Below are positions 49,325 through 63,350 of a DNA stretch of 64,000 bases, one piece after another. Source of the DNA: Selaginella moellendorffii (lineage: Eukaryota > Plantae > Lycopodiophyta); assembly GCF_000143415.4 (NCBI RefSeq), contig NW_003314421.1:87842-151841 (forward strand), in the 5' to 3' direction. The translations under genes and the position numbers were made by a program. Each line of letters starts with the position of its first letter. Position 1 is the stretch's first letter. The notes beneath the pieces were generated by a model. It had not been told where the DNA came from and ran no database searches. It was given only the letters and a program-made list of their open reading frames with translations.

Positions 49325-50432
49325 TGTAAGCGACTAAATTTTCCATTCTACTTTAGTCACTTAACCACACCTCTGACCACTTGGAGGAGTCTCATTCACA
49401 ACCTCCATAAGTCCAATCCAGGACTTGGGACTTGCTAGCCCCGAGAATGGCATCCATGCCACTCAACATTTGCACTTGGTTCAAGTGCTCCACGTGTCCG
49501 ATCCCATGACCGACACTCAAAGGTACCACCGACATAGCAGCCCGTTACGCTAAGGCCATGCCCAATCACCTTTGCCACACTGGTAGTCCAATACCACTTG
49601 CATCACCATCTTGGCTCTCCAAGACTAGGCAAACCATCCGTGAGTGGTCATCTCAGATCCACTCCTTAGCATCCTCAGGATGCCCACCGACAAGGGGAAT
49701 AGCCTTCCCCAATATCCCTCTGTTAGTCCCCACTAAGTCCCTTTCTGCCCCTGGCCGTGTTTGCCAACACTGCCACTAGATCGAGACCCACAGGCCCGAC
49801 CACTAAGTCCCACGGTCCTCTGGGACTTCCTCACCACACGACTGTGTCCTTGGTCACTACCCCAGAGGACTGCTCCTCTTCCTTTCCACAGTCTGGGCCT
49901 TTGGGACAACATTTCGGAACACCGTGGCCTTACGCGAGCCACCTGGGTACTCTCCTCGTCTTCTGCCCTTGGGTGCTCTAGCCATGGGCTTAGAGCGGGT
50001 TCCGTTGAGCCACACCAGGTATCCAAGTAGGTAGTGCCACCCACACTTGGACTGGGAGCATCAGCCAGTCGATCTCCCGGGGGAACTAGAGCCGGCTCTT
50101 GAACACTTCACCAAGCTACCCCGCTTGTCGGTCTGTGTTCACTCTAGTCTTGGACTTCCCAGTGGGCAGCTCATCACCCAACACTGGGTCCGGCCTTCCT
50201 GGGCCAAACTGGCCTTTCCTGGCCAAACTGGCTCCACTGCAGTCCTCCCCCTACTATACTTTTGGAGCTCACCAAACCCCCCAGGGTCTGGGAGACGAAC
50301 GCTTTGGGCTTTCACCCTCTCAGGCTCCGGACTCGGACTTGGACTCGGACTCGGACTCGGACTCGGATTCGGACTCGGACTCGGGCTCGGGCTCGGTCTC
50401 GGCCTCGGCCTCGGTCTTGGTCTCGGTCCCGA

Positions 50433-50463
<31 letters not shown>

Positions 50464-53400
50464 TCCGGTCTCGGTCCCGGTCTCAGTCTCGACTTCGGAC
50501 TCCATCTCGGACTCCATCTCGGACTCCATCTCGGACTCCATCTCGGGTCCATCTCGGGTCCATCTCGGACTCCATCTCGGGTCCATCTCGGACTCCATCT
50601 CGGACTCCATTTCGGGTCCATCTCGGGTCCACCTCGGACTCCATCTCGGACTCCATCTCGGGTCCATCTTGGACTCCACTTCGGACTCCAACTCGGGTCC
50701 ATCTCGGGTCCACCTCGGACTCCACTTCGGACTCCATCCCGGACTCCATCTCGGGTCCATCTCGGACTCCACTTCGGACTCCAACTCGGGTCCATCTCGG
50801 ACTCCACTTCGGACTCCAACTCGGGTCCATCTCGGACTCCACTTCAGACTCCAACTCGGGTCCATCTCGGACTCCACTTCGGACTCCAACTCGAGTCCAT
50901 CTCGGACACTCCCACGTGTCATGTGTTGGTCCTTTTGGGTCCCTTTTTGGAGCCTCGCCTTTTGCTCGCTTCGTGCTCGTTCCTCGAGCACTTCGTTGGG
51001 AGTTCCACTCCCTCTCTTGACTTTTCAAGTCGGAGCTTTTGGTCCAAACGTGTTACGCTCGTTTGGCTCTCACTTCGGCCACTACCATGTGGCGCCCTTC
51101 CAGCTCCCCTTTGGGGCCTAGGGATTTTGTGTCTCACAACTCCACCACCCATAGACGAAGTTCGATGTCCTCATCGAACGGTAAACCATTTTGTAAAGTA
51201 ACACTCGCATGTGTTACCATTTCCATCCTTGGCACCTAGCCAATATTTGTCAATGGTTTGACATTGAAGGCTCACCATGCCTTCTCCATATTCGTCAATG
51301 GTTTGACATTGAAGGCTCACCATGCCTTTTGCATAGGCCTCCATGGTTTGACACCAAAGGCTCACCATGCCTTGCCTATCCTCTAAGGAGGGTAGTCTCT
51401 CCAACTTAGAGATTGATTGGACCACATGTAGTGGTTCTCTCCTTTTATTGGTTTAGTCCTCGCTAAACCTCTTAGAGACCCTTCTCTAAGTCAATCCCAC
51501 TACTCCTTCTCGAGTAGTCTCGATTTCCATCGATATAACCTTTGCACTTTGGAACTTTGAATTTTGACTTCTTGGAGTCAATTTCCTAGGTGTCTCCGAC
51601 ACCTTGCCTTGCACCTTTTTGTGCAACTCCACTTCCCATCCTAGGAAGTTCTCTACTCGAGGGCACCATCATCCTCTCTTCTATTTCGTGCCAAAGTTCC
51701 AGTTATCATACTTTGTGCTAGGGCTGTTCATGGCCCTATCATTTGGCTACCTTACCGCTCCCTCCCTTGGAGCTTCCACTTTCGCCAAATCGGAGCATTT
51801 CGGAATCCCTCCTTGGAAACACACTTCCTTTCCCGCAACTTGTTAGCGTCCAACACATTAGTGTTCCTCGCCTAACTTTGTCACTTGGATTCCTTCCAAG
51901 GGATTCCACGGCCCTATCTTGGCCACTCATCTTTTGCTCCTATCCGTTGATTGTTGCACCAAGCAACATCGAATCTCTACCTCCCTTCTTGAGGTATTGT
52001 TTCGGTTCCATAGCAAAGACTCTTCTTTGCCAAGTCCGGAGGATGTTCACCCCTAGTACGTCTCTTTAGCATCTTCTGCTATGGGCTCTATCCACGGCCC
52101 AACTTCGTGACCCTCCCATGGGCCTTTTATAGAGACTACTTTCCTCGGACTCACTATGCCATCGCCCGGACATAGTTTATTTCCCTTAGGTGCTCTTCCC
52201 ACTTGGTCATCACGACCAAGCCACACCACCTTAAACAGTTCAATTTCAACATTTTGAACCAGGAACTTCATTCCTTAGCCAACCAAGGACCTTGTCCTTA
52301 TCTGGCCATAAGATCACCTAGTGATCTCACCTTGGCACCTTAACAGAGTTGCCAAGAGGTACTAGGTCTTCTAGACCTCCAAGTTGTTGACTATAACCCC
52401 GGGGGCATCCCCCACACTTGGCGGTGCACCCAAGCCAGCCCTTACGGCCAAGGGTTCATAGCAACTGAGATTAGGTGTCCCCATCTCACTCACCACGACC
52501 TTGGTGCCACTTGCACCAAAGCGTTCAAGTTAGATATGCTGAGCTTTCACACTAAGCAATCTAACCGTGCATCACGACTCCGAGGCATCCCTCGCTTGGC
52601 GGTGTGCCCAAACCAGTCTCCCCACTGAGAGTCCATGACCACCGAAATATGAGTGTCCTCATATTCCAAACCATCACCACGCCCTAGTGATTTGGGACTC
52701 GAACCCAAGCACTAGAGGGTCGGGACTCGAACCCAACCTCCGTATATGCATCTACGGACGGCATCACACAAGATGCCTGGCGTGACTCCCCACGCCGGTG
52801 CACCAACTTATTATTTTTAAAGCGCGCTATAGATCACAGCTTAGGAACCTAGTTCCTCCACACTGCCAAGTCCTCTCACTTGACATGTCTATGATCATGC
52901 ATGAACTCCTCCATGCTCGGCCCCATGGCCCACCCTTTTTGAAGTTATCACCTTCAACTAGGGTCTTTGTTCCCCCGACGTGCCAATCTCACTTGGCAAG
53001 TCCTCCGACCATTGTAACATGGTTCCTGCATAAGCGTGAAAGTCCTTGACCATCGACTTTCGTTCAAAGCCCTCTCTTTGAACACTCGGGAACTACTTCC
53101 CTAACCTTGATAACCTTGCCTCGTGGCAAGCTTCAAGACCACGCTTCTGCTGCGCCACTCTGATTTCGCGCGTTCCATGAACCATTTACACTTGGCCTTT
53201 CTAGGTACTACGCTACCTAGAATCCTCTTTGGGAACTTTGAAGGAACTCTGTCCCTTAGCTTGCTAAGGCCTCCCTTTTTGCAAGCCTTCCAAATGCCAC
53301 ATAGTCTAACATGGACAATTCCATATTTTAGACTCTCCATGGCATCATGGTTGCTAGCGGCAACACCCTCGAGCCCCCACTTGATTCTCCACTCCCAGCT

Positions 53401-56393
53401 GGCATAACCAACCTTGGTTATGCCCTTTGATTCCTACGGTTCGGTTCTATCCCCTTACTTCTTGCTTTTTGGCTTCACACCTTTCCTTTGGTCATTCTCC
53501 TCCAGACCAGGAGGATAGCTTTGCACTTTCTATCATGCTTTAGCAAGTATTCTTAGGGATGAACCTACCCAATAGCCTAGGGAGTGGTTCCTCAATCCGG
53601 GTATGCTCACCTTATAATCCCACACACTGGGATTACATTGTTGCTTATGGGCCTTTACATGCCCATCACTAGCCTTGCCAAAATTCCATTTTTGGCTTTG
53701 TCCAACTTGGGTAGACAGTCCTCTCCTGTCTCTGCAACTTTGGACATTTGGATAGCACCTTCTATCCATCATTCGCTAGGGACTTAGTCCCTTGGGCTTT
53801 ATCCATTGCCCTCGCGACATCAAACACCACCTTCTGGTGTTCTAGAGTGTTTAGGTGTCCCAATGATGGCTTTCTTGACAATGAGTATTTCCTTTTATGA
53901 CATTGACTTACTATATCGCAACACAAGCAACTTATCCCTCGTAAGGGTATATCCGACTTCCCTATGCTATTAAGAAGTCTTGGGTAGCTACCTTCTACCC
54001 GTTTAACCAGTTATTTTGCACCTCTTGCTTAGTTGCCCCATAGTTGTCAAGTCCTACAACTCATTGCTTGGTGCTTTCACACCTCCATCATTATCTGGGT
54101 CACCACACTCCAACTGCATGCTCTGCAGCTTAGGCTATGCCATTCCCATTTCTATTGGGATTCCTTTGGCAAGGGGTTCTCATGAACCCACCAACATAGC
54201 CTCAAGGTATCACACCTTGGCACATTTGGTGTCTCCACACCATCGGCTCCACGAGCCTACCTCTATGACATTTCCCCTTCGTGTCTAAGTCTTTGCCAAG
54301 ACCAACACTACTCTTTCTCATGCCAACCATCCGTTAGCACTGCACCATAGAGGTCACACACAACTTTATGTCAAAGTTGTTTTCTTCTGGGAACACCTTT
54401 CCCATAACTTTAGCATGGCACATTTTGCCATCGATGAGATACCCTTTGTTCTCATCCTTGGATCCTATGATCCCCCCCCATCCTTTGTGGGGTACAACAC
54501 ACCTCAGTCCAAATGCTTCCATCAGTCCTTTTAGGACCATCCGTTGACTCTACTTGAGTCGTCCAGCAGTTTTGGACTTGGTTAATCCACAGACCCGTAA
54601 GGTCCTACTTGTGAGGCATTAGCTCACTGGAATACACTTCTTGCATTCCTGTCCTACTCAAAAGGACTATTTTCACAAGTGTTACTCCGACACTTGATTT
54701 TGTTCTCTGGGGGCAACCTTTGCCCCTTAGGACTACTTGTCCATGTGATGAGAACACCAACTCACCCACTTAATACACCCCCAACTCCTTGGGTTGTTCC
54801 AGCATTTATTAGAGGTAGCCCCGGCTACCTTTTCAAGGACTTGAGTCCTCTTCCGTATTTGACCTCCCACGGTCATTACTTCTGGTCTCACATTCATGAG
54901 CACAAACCTCAACTATATGAGGAAAATCTTGTGACTCCTTTATTGCTTTGGAGTCTTTATCTTTCCCGTGATCCCAACTGTAGTTGTTTACCACAACTAC
55001 ATTAGCTAGTTTGCTAAGTCAAACGCTCATCTGGATCACATCCTCAACTCTTTGAGGAAAACCATATACTGTTCCCAAGATCCCAAAGTCGTTCCATTAT
55101 TGGCCCTTTTCTATCCACCACCTCGTCTACAAGTTCACACATGAACTGTAATGGAGAGCCATGTCTTCCCGACTTGCTACTCCTCAAGGATAGGCCCACT
55201 CCTCGGACCTTGCGATGCCAACACTAGTGGTGATATACTTGAGCACCAATAAAAGTCGGACTAAGGAACAGCTCCGATACCAAATTGTAAGCGACTAAAT
55301 TTTCCATTCTACTTTAGTCACTTAACCACACCTCTGACCACTTGGAGGAGTCTCATTCACAACCTCCATAAGTCCAATCCAGGACTTGGGACTTGCTAGC
55401 CTCGAGAATGGCATCCATGCCACTCAACATTTGCACTTGGTTCAAGTGCTCCACGTGTCCGATCCCATGACCGACACTCAAAGGTACCACCGACATAGCA
55501 GCCCGTTACGCTAAGGCCATGCCCAATCACCTTTGCCACACTGGTAGTCCAATACCACTTGCATCACCATCTTGGCTCTCCAAGACTAGGCAAACCATCC
55601 GTGAGTGGTCATCTCAGATCCACTCCTTAGCATCCTCAGGATGCCCACCGACAAGGGGAATAGCCTTCCCCAATATCCCTCTGTTAGTCCCCACTAAGTC
55701 CCTTTCTGCCCCTGGCCGTGTTTGCCAACACTGCCACTAGATCGAGACCCACAGGCCCGACCACTAAGTCCCACGGTCCTCTGGGACTTCCTCACCACAC
55801 GACTGTGTCCTTGGTCACTACCCCAGAGGACTGCTCCTCTTCCTTTCCACAGTCTGGGCCTTTGGGACAACATTTCGGAACACCGTGGCCTTACGCGAGC
55901 CACCTGGGTACTCTCCTCGTCTTCTGCCCTTGGGTGCTCTAGCCATGGGCTTAGAGCGGGTTCCGTTGAGCCACACCAGGTATCCAAGTAGGTAGTGCCA
56001 CCCACACTTGGACTGGGAGCATCAGCCAGTCGATCTCCCGGGGGAACTAGAGCCGGCTCTTGAACACTTCACCAAGCTACCCCGCTTGTCGGTCTGTGTT
56101 CACTCTAGTCTTGGACTTCCCAGTGGGCAGCTCATCACCCAACACTGGGTCCGGCCTTCCTGGGCCAAACTGGCCTTTCCTGGCCAAACTGGCTCCACTG
56201 CAGTCCTCCCCCTACTATACTTTTGGAGCTCACCAAACCCCCCAGGGTCTGGGAGACGAACGCTTTGGGCTTTCACCCTCTCAGGCTCCGGACTCGGACT
56301 TGGACTCGGACTCGGACTCGGACTCGGATTCGGACTCGGACTCGGGCTCGGGCTCGGTCTCGGCCTCGGCCTCGGTCTTGGTCTCGGTCCCGA

Positions 56394-56424
<31 letters not shown>

Positions 56425-57099
56425 TCCGGTCTCGGTCCCGGTCTCAGTCTCGACTTCGGACTCCATCTCGGACTCCATCTCGGACTCCATCTCGGACTCC
56501 ATCTCGGGTCCATCTCGGGTCCATCTCGGACTCCATCTCGGGTCCATCTCGGACTCCATCTCGGACTCCATTTCGGGTCCATCTCGGGTCCACCTCGGAC
56601 TCCATCTCGGACTCCATCTCGGGTCCATCTTGGACTCCACTTCGGACTCCAACTCGGGTCCATCTCGGGTCCACCTCGGACTCCACTTCGGACTCCATCC
56701 CGGACTCCATCTCGGGTCCATCTCGGACTCCACTTCGGACTCCAACTCGGGTCCATCTCGGACTCCACTTCGGACTCCAACTCGGGTCCATCTCGGACTC
56801 CACTTCAGACTCCAACTCGGGTCCATCTCGGACTCCACTTCGGACTCCAACTCGAGTCCATCTCGGACACTCCCACGTGTCATGTGTTGGTCCTTTTGGG
56901 TCCCTTTTTGGAGCCTCGCCTTTTGCTCGCTTCGTGCTCGTTCCTCGAGCACTTCGTTGGGAGTTCCACTCCCTCTCTTGACTTTTCAAGTCGGAGCTTT
57001 TGGTCCAAACGTGTTACGCTCGTTTGGCTCTCACTTCGGCCACTACCATGTGGCGCCCTTCCAGCTCCCCTTTGGGGCCTAGGGATTTTGTGTCTCACA
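49325..57099 (-). mobile_element. Non-autonomous LTR retroelement (LARD-like) with 1814-bp near-identical LTRs
   Basis: LTRs TG..CA at 49325-51138 and 55286-57099. TSD ATATC (49320-49324 / 57100-57104). iMet PBS TGGTATCGGAGC on minus (55271-55282), PPT gggtggtggag on minus (~51140-51150). The 4.1-kb interior has no long or recognisable ORF. Confidence 0.93.
50327..50905. repeat. Compound micro/minisatellite within the LTR (second copy ~56288-56866)
   Basis: (GGACTC)n, (GGTCTC)n, then GGACTCCATCTC / GGGTCCATCTC units. Confidence 0.95.
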
Positions 57100-57788
57100 A
57101 TATCATCCTAAATGTCATCGACGAGGACCATCATATAGAGTTCTCTGGCTATCGACACCGTTCACCAAAGGCCATACAAATCCTCCTAGAGTTGTTTTGT
57201 CCTCCTAAGGGGATTATGCTTGATGCTACAGCAAGTTTTGGTTTGATGGTGTTAGCGGCTAAAGAGACTGGGCATGCAGTTTTTGCACTAGAGAAGGAGA
57301 GTGCATTTGAAGGTGTTCTTGGGACATTTCATAATAGGTGATAATAAAGTATAAATTTCTCCTTATAGTAATTCCATCATGGTTGTGTATATTAGGTGAA
57401 TCAATGATGTGGGCTATAATTTGCCATGTTATGTAGAAACAATGGCACAAGCTCATATAGAACAAGAGCCCATAGTTAGAGAGCATAATACTATATAAAC
57501 TCCTCCTTTTGTGGATGTGGATGCCGAGGAAGACTAAGTTTAGTTGTTTCTTTAGTCAAATTTTTTAGTGGTAATATAGAGTTTCTTCTTTGACTTATGA
57601 TATTTATTTTCTTATTAGACTTATATTATTTAGCTTTTTCTTGGACTGAAAATATGTTTTAAGTTTTGAATAGAATTGTTGGTTTGTCCCAAACGAATCA
57701 TTTAAACATCAACTTTTGTATTTGGTGGATTATATTGACTTTCAATGACTTTCATTGACTTAAGCTCAGCTCAAAAACTACCCAACCC

Positions 57789-59460
57789 CTCACAAAACTC
57801 CTCAAGTATTGGGCAAGCAGGAAACTGTCCTTCTCGGCACGCTGTGTTGTTGCTAACAACATCCTACTAGGTGCTATCTGGTTTCTCGCATCCTGCTGGA
57901 ACCTAGATCAAAGGACAATCCAAGAGATGAACCAACTGATTAGAACATATGTGTGGAAAGGCTCATCTTATGTCTCACGAGGTGGTGCCAAAGTGGACTA
58001 GCAATCGGTCACACTACCCAAGCACGAAGGGGGGCTGAACATAATTGAAATTGAGGAACAATACAAGGCCCTCCTTTTCAAGATCTTCATGAGGATGCTC
58101 ATGCCAGGAAACCAACCCTGGAGACTACTACCAACTCAAACCCAAACTCCAAGGAATAGTTGGACCATCAACCAATCTTCCTTAGCAAGTGGTTCCAAGT
58201 CAGAGGAAAAATGCTAAGTGAAATGGAAGATCGAGGCCTAGATCAAACCTGTAGGGACCTACACAAAGCGGGTATGGGCACATTCACAGAGGCTGATACC
58301 ATGATCCTTGAACACCAGACGGCCAACAACTTCGATCGGATCAAAGCTTTCTATGGCCTGGAGATCTCAGAACACAGGATGCGAAAGTTCCAATCAGCTT
58401 TCCACAAAGCCGAATGGGTGTGCCTTGAGACACTATAGATAACTGACACGCCAACTCATCGCTCGTGGAGACTAAACAACACAATTATATGTACACTCCT
58501 AGGCAGGACTTCTAGCCTGATCTTTGAAGTGGGACACGTGGGACACCTCTTTCCCTCATTGCCCCAAAATACAAGGATCTCCCAGACATGAATTCCACTT
58601 AGCCTATCCGCGTCATCCAGATGGAGAAGAAAACTACATGCATAGACCCAGCAATTCCAAAATGACAGTACGCCAGACTCTATTGGTTCCGCCACCAAAC
58701 CTTGGATGAACTGCAATGGGACCCTATGGAATGGGAGTGGACAGACACATGCAAAGGGTTCTTCCAATACAAAACCAAGCTCGACTGACGAATGATTTGC
58801 CCCCTGGCTCATTCCACCTTTTTCCAAAAAGCAAGAGCTCAGCAGATCCTCCCCTGGAACCACTTGCAATGTGTGAACAAGATTTGGAGAGGCTGCTGGT
58901 CTACCAAAAACTGCTACTTCATGTGCCCCTCTCTCGCGGCAATACACCTCCCGAACACAGCATGCAAACTATGTGGCAAAAAGGAGACATAGCGACATAT
59001 ACTTTGGGACTGCTTTACAGCATAGGATGTCTGGGAGGGAGCCATGGCAATCCTCAAATGAACCTCACAAGGAAGCGTGGCCATCACCTACAAATCTACA
59101 CTTTGGGGTGGCTTCCTCCAAGGGAAAACCAAACACCCGGACCTGGAAATGGAAGCACAATGAAGACCCCCACTTTGACCAACTCAACCGATCTCATGCC
59201 CACCTCACACATCTCCATCAGGAACTCTTTGATGCTCTCAGGGGATGTACTTTAGCAGAGATATGGAAGGCCCACTGTGCTAGGACATTCAATGATAAGG
59301 ACCCCTCGGCTTGGGCAACAATCTCAAGGGTCTAGTCATGATTGATTGTCACATTGGCATCTAGAGAAGATACACTAGTAGAAAGAGGACACAAAGGGAA
59401 GATTGCTCAGGATTGGGCTCTTTAGCGGAAGAGAGGCTGGCGAAGTCACTATGGCTCTAG
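57789..59460 (+). mobile_element. LINE ORF2 remnant, 3' part (post-RT region and C-terminal zinc knuckle)
   Basis: YWASRKLSFSARCVVANNILLGAIWF, LPKHEGGLNII, CKLCGKKET..H, AEIWKAHC. Right boundary approximate. Confidence 0.75.
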
Positions 59461-62400
59461 CATCACTTGTCCAGGAGTGATGGAATGTGTACCTCCCCGA
59501 GTCCCTCACCCTCCCCATCTAGGATGTCGATCACATGGAACACGACTAACATGATCTCGAGCTTCAGTTCAACTGTGGCCCCCTCCCCTCCCCCCCCAGG
59601 GTATGGATGACCTAGGGATTGCGGCAGCGGTTGAACAAAGTACCTTTTTGCCGATTGCGACGGTGGGAAGATAGATCCTCTGAAGAGGCACACCCCAGCC
59701 AAACTTCATGGCAATCCAACGGTTCATGAGCGAGATCCAAACGTCCAAATTTCAGAACATGGATCAAGTTTGGGGCTTTGGGGTCCACGGTTGCTGAAAC
59801 TTCTTCCAAGGACACTAGCTGCATAGAACTTTATTGGCAGTGTCCTTCCTTCCTCATTCACTTGGGGTCTGGAGTTTTGGGGTCTAGAGAGCCAAGCTCC
59901 ACCTAAGGAGGGGCCCACTCGCTTGGTGCCATTACGGCTGCTCGTTTGAACATGCAAAGGACACTATTCTTTGACATATATTGGGTCCTTCAAACTACAT
60001 GGCAGCACTTCCCTACTTTCTGATTGCACACTTAGTTCCAATCGGCAATGAAACAACTTTCAACGGCACACCAAAGTCCCAATTTGTACAGTATAGCTGT
60101 GTTAGTTGATTCCTTTCTTGCCTTGGTTGTGGATCCACCATGATCAAGGCACTCGGAGCAATGCCACTTAGATGTATGGGATGTTTCAAGGGGCATGGCT
60201 AGTGTCAGAAGCTGCATCAGGCTAGCTTGTTGGAGTGTAGAAATGTAACTTCAACCCAGATCCAAAAGGAGTGGCTCACCTTTGGTCGTGATTCCAAATG
60301 GATAGCACCAAGGGTACATTATACTGGTATGAGGCCGTGGGATTGGCATGGCAGCACTACACTTGCATGGCCTGATGGGAGGCTGGAAACAGCAATTCCA
60401 GTTGGAGGGGATCAGTCATACAACAGCAAGGAGAGGACTTCCAGGTAGCAGCAACATCACCATTACCAAAGATGGCACATTCCTCCTCAGTTCACCATAC
60501 TGTGGGATCTAGGACAGTACATCTCTAGGGTCTTTTTATATCTTTGGGAAACTGTAGGTGCCATGTAGATGGAGATCAAGCAAGGGTGGTGTACCTTCAT
60601 TGATCTCACGATCAACTCAAGTTCTTCACATCGGTAAATGCAATCACATGGGAGAGATGAGGAAGGCACAAAGTTCACCACCAATACGGATAGGGAGCAT
60701 GCCTTTGCAGAGTGAGTGGCATGGATATGGGCAGCATAGAGCCAGACTCTAGTTCCTTGATCTGATCTGCACAGAACATAACTCTAGTTCCAGGGATCCT
60801 CCCTTCGTCACCACCCCCCCATATGCTATTTTCCAGTTTTAAGCATGTTGAAACCGGAACTCTATGGTTTTTAAGAGGATAAATATGAATAGCCCCGTTA
60901 GAAAAAGTCAGACTAGGAGAAAAAAAGAAGAAAAAATGAAGTGTGAAGGCGGAGTGGAGAGGGAAGGTGCCAAGGCAAGAGGAGACAGGTTTGGCTGCTA
61001 TGGGGGAGTGGAGTGGACGCTCAAGTGTGGTACTGGTGTTGGTCGGCTGTGAGGTGCTTTGATTGATCTTCTTGGCCGTAGTCAGATCTGGGGGGGGTTT
61101 TTTTGTGCTAGCTGGTAGAATAGATCTGGAAGCTCAGAGTGAAGTCACAATTGCTCTAAGTGTTTCTCACCAGTGTTTGGTCCTTCTCTAGTTCGGTGTG
61201 GTTCGCGCTAGTTACAGCAAGAGATCCAGTGGTTAGAGCTCGCAGTGTGGTCCAAGCTGGTTTCAAGTCGGTTGGTCAGTTTCTTTCCACCAGAGATTAC
61301 CAGGTAAAGACAAAGAATTAAAGTTGGAAGCGAAGCCTCTTCCTAAGCTGCAAAGCACTAGAAAAAAGAGAAGAACTAAAAGCATCCCACTGAATCACTC
61401 CCACTTTGCATTTTTGGCTCATAACTCATGTTCCCAAATGGCTCCTACTGACATTCTTTTTGGCCCCCCCCCTCAGCTGACAGTTTTGGCTTGAAAAAAA
61501 GAGTCCTTTTGGTCCTTGGGGGAACAGGCTAGAGGGGAGTAAGATAGCTAGTGTTTAGGGAAGTAGAGTGAAAAGTTTCAAGGCCCCCCAAAGCACCTCT
61601 TGCTGCATGCATTGAAAAGAAAGAATTTGCACTGTGGGGATAAGAGGTATGGTTGCAATGAGGCAATGATCTAGAGCAAGAGCCAGGGTGATCTTTGGCA
61701 CAACAAAACCGGACTGGCAGGCTGAAATTGGCTTGGACCCAGGATTGTTTCAAAGGTCCAAGAGTTTTACATGATTGAAATCTTGAGCAGAAGTAATTGG
61801 GAAAGAGGGGAGCTCCACTTGAGTTGGAAGACAAAGCTCACTGGCCAGAGAAACGCTCAAGAAGTGAAAAGCTTGAAGTAGGATCATGATGTTCAAAGGC
61901 AAAAAACCACTGGTCTGGATGGCTAGGATGCGCCCGAGTAGAGAAGAGGGAACAGAAGAGAAGGTAGACATGCATTAGAGCAAAATGAGAGGAATGGAGT
62001 GAGGCAGGAATCCCAAGACAACGGCTAGGTGGTAGATAAATAGGAATCCTAGTGAATTGACAGCAAATCTGGCAGTATCAGAAAAGACAATCGGTGTGGG
62101 AAATCCAAAGAATGATTTGAAGGAGGGGAAAAGGGGAAGAACTGTAAAGATCTTGGCAAATCAGAAAAAACACAAGGACAGAGAGGATGACCTCACCATC
62201 CAGCGAGCAGGAATTAAAGGAACCGGGAAGGTCACTGTCGGAAGAGAGGAGAAGGAGGATAGAATGACACATGGAGATGCATGGGAAAATACATGCATAA
62301 AATCAAAGGAAAGGACACGTGGCAGGGTGGTATCTGAGGAGAAGCCGAGGAATCCAAGAAAAGAATCATGTGCGTTGTCAATGTGGACAGGAAAGGGAGA

Positions 62401-63350
62401 GGAAAAACATGGAGGAGCAGGTGTCAAGTTGAGAAACAACATGTGGCAGCCAGGGTTAGCACTATTTAAAGGGGACTTGATAATTCGGAGGGCATTGTTT
62501 TCTGTAATAGACGAGGGGCAGCTAGAAGACAAAAGAAAAGGGGTAAGTGAGAGGGAAGAGAAAGGGAAAGATCAGAGGGAATGTCAAAAAGGGAAGAGGA
62601 TTGAGGACGAAGAGGAGGGGAAGGAAGGGCTGGGAAAGGGGAAAGAGAGCGAGGGGCTGAGCGAAAAGCATGAGTCAGAGGGGAAAAAGGGGGAAAAAAC
62701 TGTGGGAAAAATGCCACAAGCCAGGACAACGGTGAGGATGAGCACAGCAGGAGGGAGAGCCAGGGGTGTGCAGCTACCGGAAATCCTCAATCCAGAAGAG
62801 GCACATGGTAGAAGAGGTTTAGCTGTTCAACATCGAGAACAAAAGGCGAGTGGAATCAAGCGAGGACGAAGGAGTGCCTCTCACAAGAGCACCCAAAAGG
62901 AACTCCATGACTGAATTGCCAGGGAAGGGGGAGGAAAATGCAGCAGCAAGGGTGGAAAAAGGAACCATCAGTAAGGAAGTAGGGGTAGGGTCCTCTGTAG
63001 GGATCAAGCAAAGGGTCAAGCAATGCTGCCCGCTGGACAAGGGCCCTCCTTGTTTCAAGGCAATCAGGGAAGCCAATGAAAGAATAGAGCAAGATGCCAA
63101 GCACTTGGCAAAAGAGGAAGCAAGGCGGCAACTGGAAGAAGAAGCATGCCGGGAAAAAGAAAAGGCCAGTAAGGAAGGGTGGGAGTAGGAGGCTAGACAG
63201 GAGAGACCGAGTGAAGTGGAGCCAGCGGCATGAACATATGAAGCACTGATTGGGTAGGAACTGCACAATAGAATGAGGGAAGATAAAGGAAAAGGGAAAT
63301 GGGATGAGGCAAGCCAATGGGTAGCATCGTCTTCAAGAGGGTGTTAGGAA

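Larger units (their letters stand above)
46337..57537 (+). pseudogene. ParB-like/amino-MTase gene of element B copy 2 (5'-truncated; split by LTR element at 49325-57099)
   Basis: Colinear with 28770-32179. MFFIIDGNH, IDLAFFDLPNG, and after the insertion LLELFCPPKGIMLDATASFG..ALEKE. Confidence 0.8.
45085..57783. mobile_element. Element B copy 2 (internally deleted, older), inserted in the LINE and itself hit by an LTR element
   Basis: Ends aggttggttttgagct (45085) and agctcaaaaactaccc (57783) match copy 1. Flanking 5-mers agcta/aaccc read as a decayed TSD. The LINE frame (..AVMKEL|LTKLLKYWASRKLSFSAR..) is restored by removing the element plus 5 bp. Confidence 0.82.

Noticed and set aside
50047-51201. 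Long ORFs in all frames (GLGLGL, SDSDSD, RSRSRS), duplicated at 56008-57111
   Set aside because: Artefacts of a stop-free microsatellite inside the LTR; no domain content.
59500-60760. Possible second LINE ORF1 remnant
   Set aside because: Only faint motif resemblance across several stops and frameshifts; not supportable without a search.
62057-62914. 285-aa K/E/G-rich ORF as a host gene
   Set aside because: Purine-rich low-complexity sequence with no motif; more likely decayed retroelement leader/ORF1.
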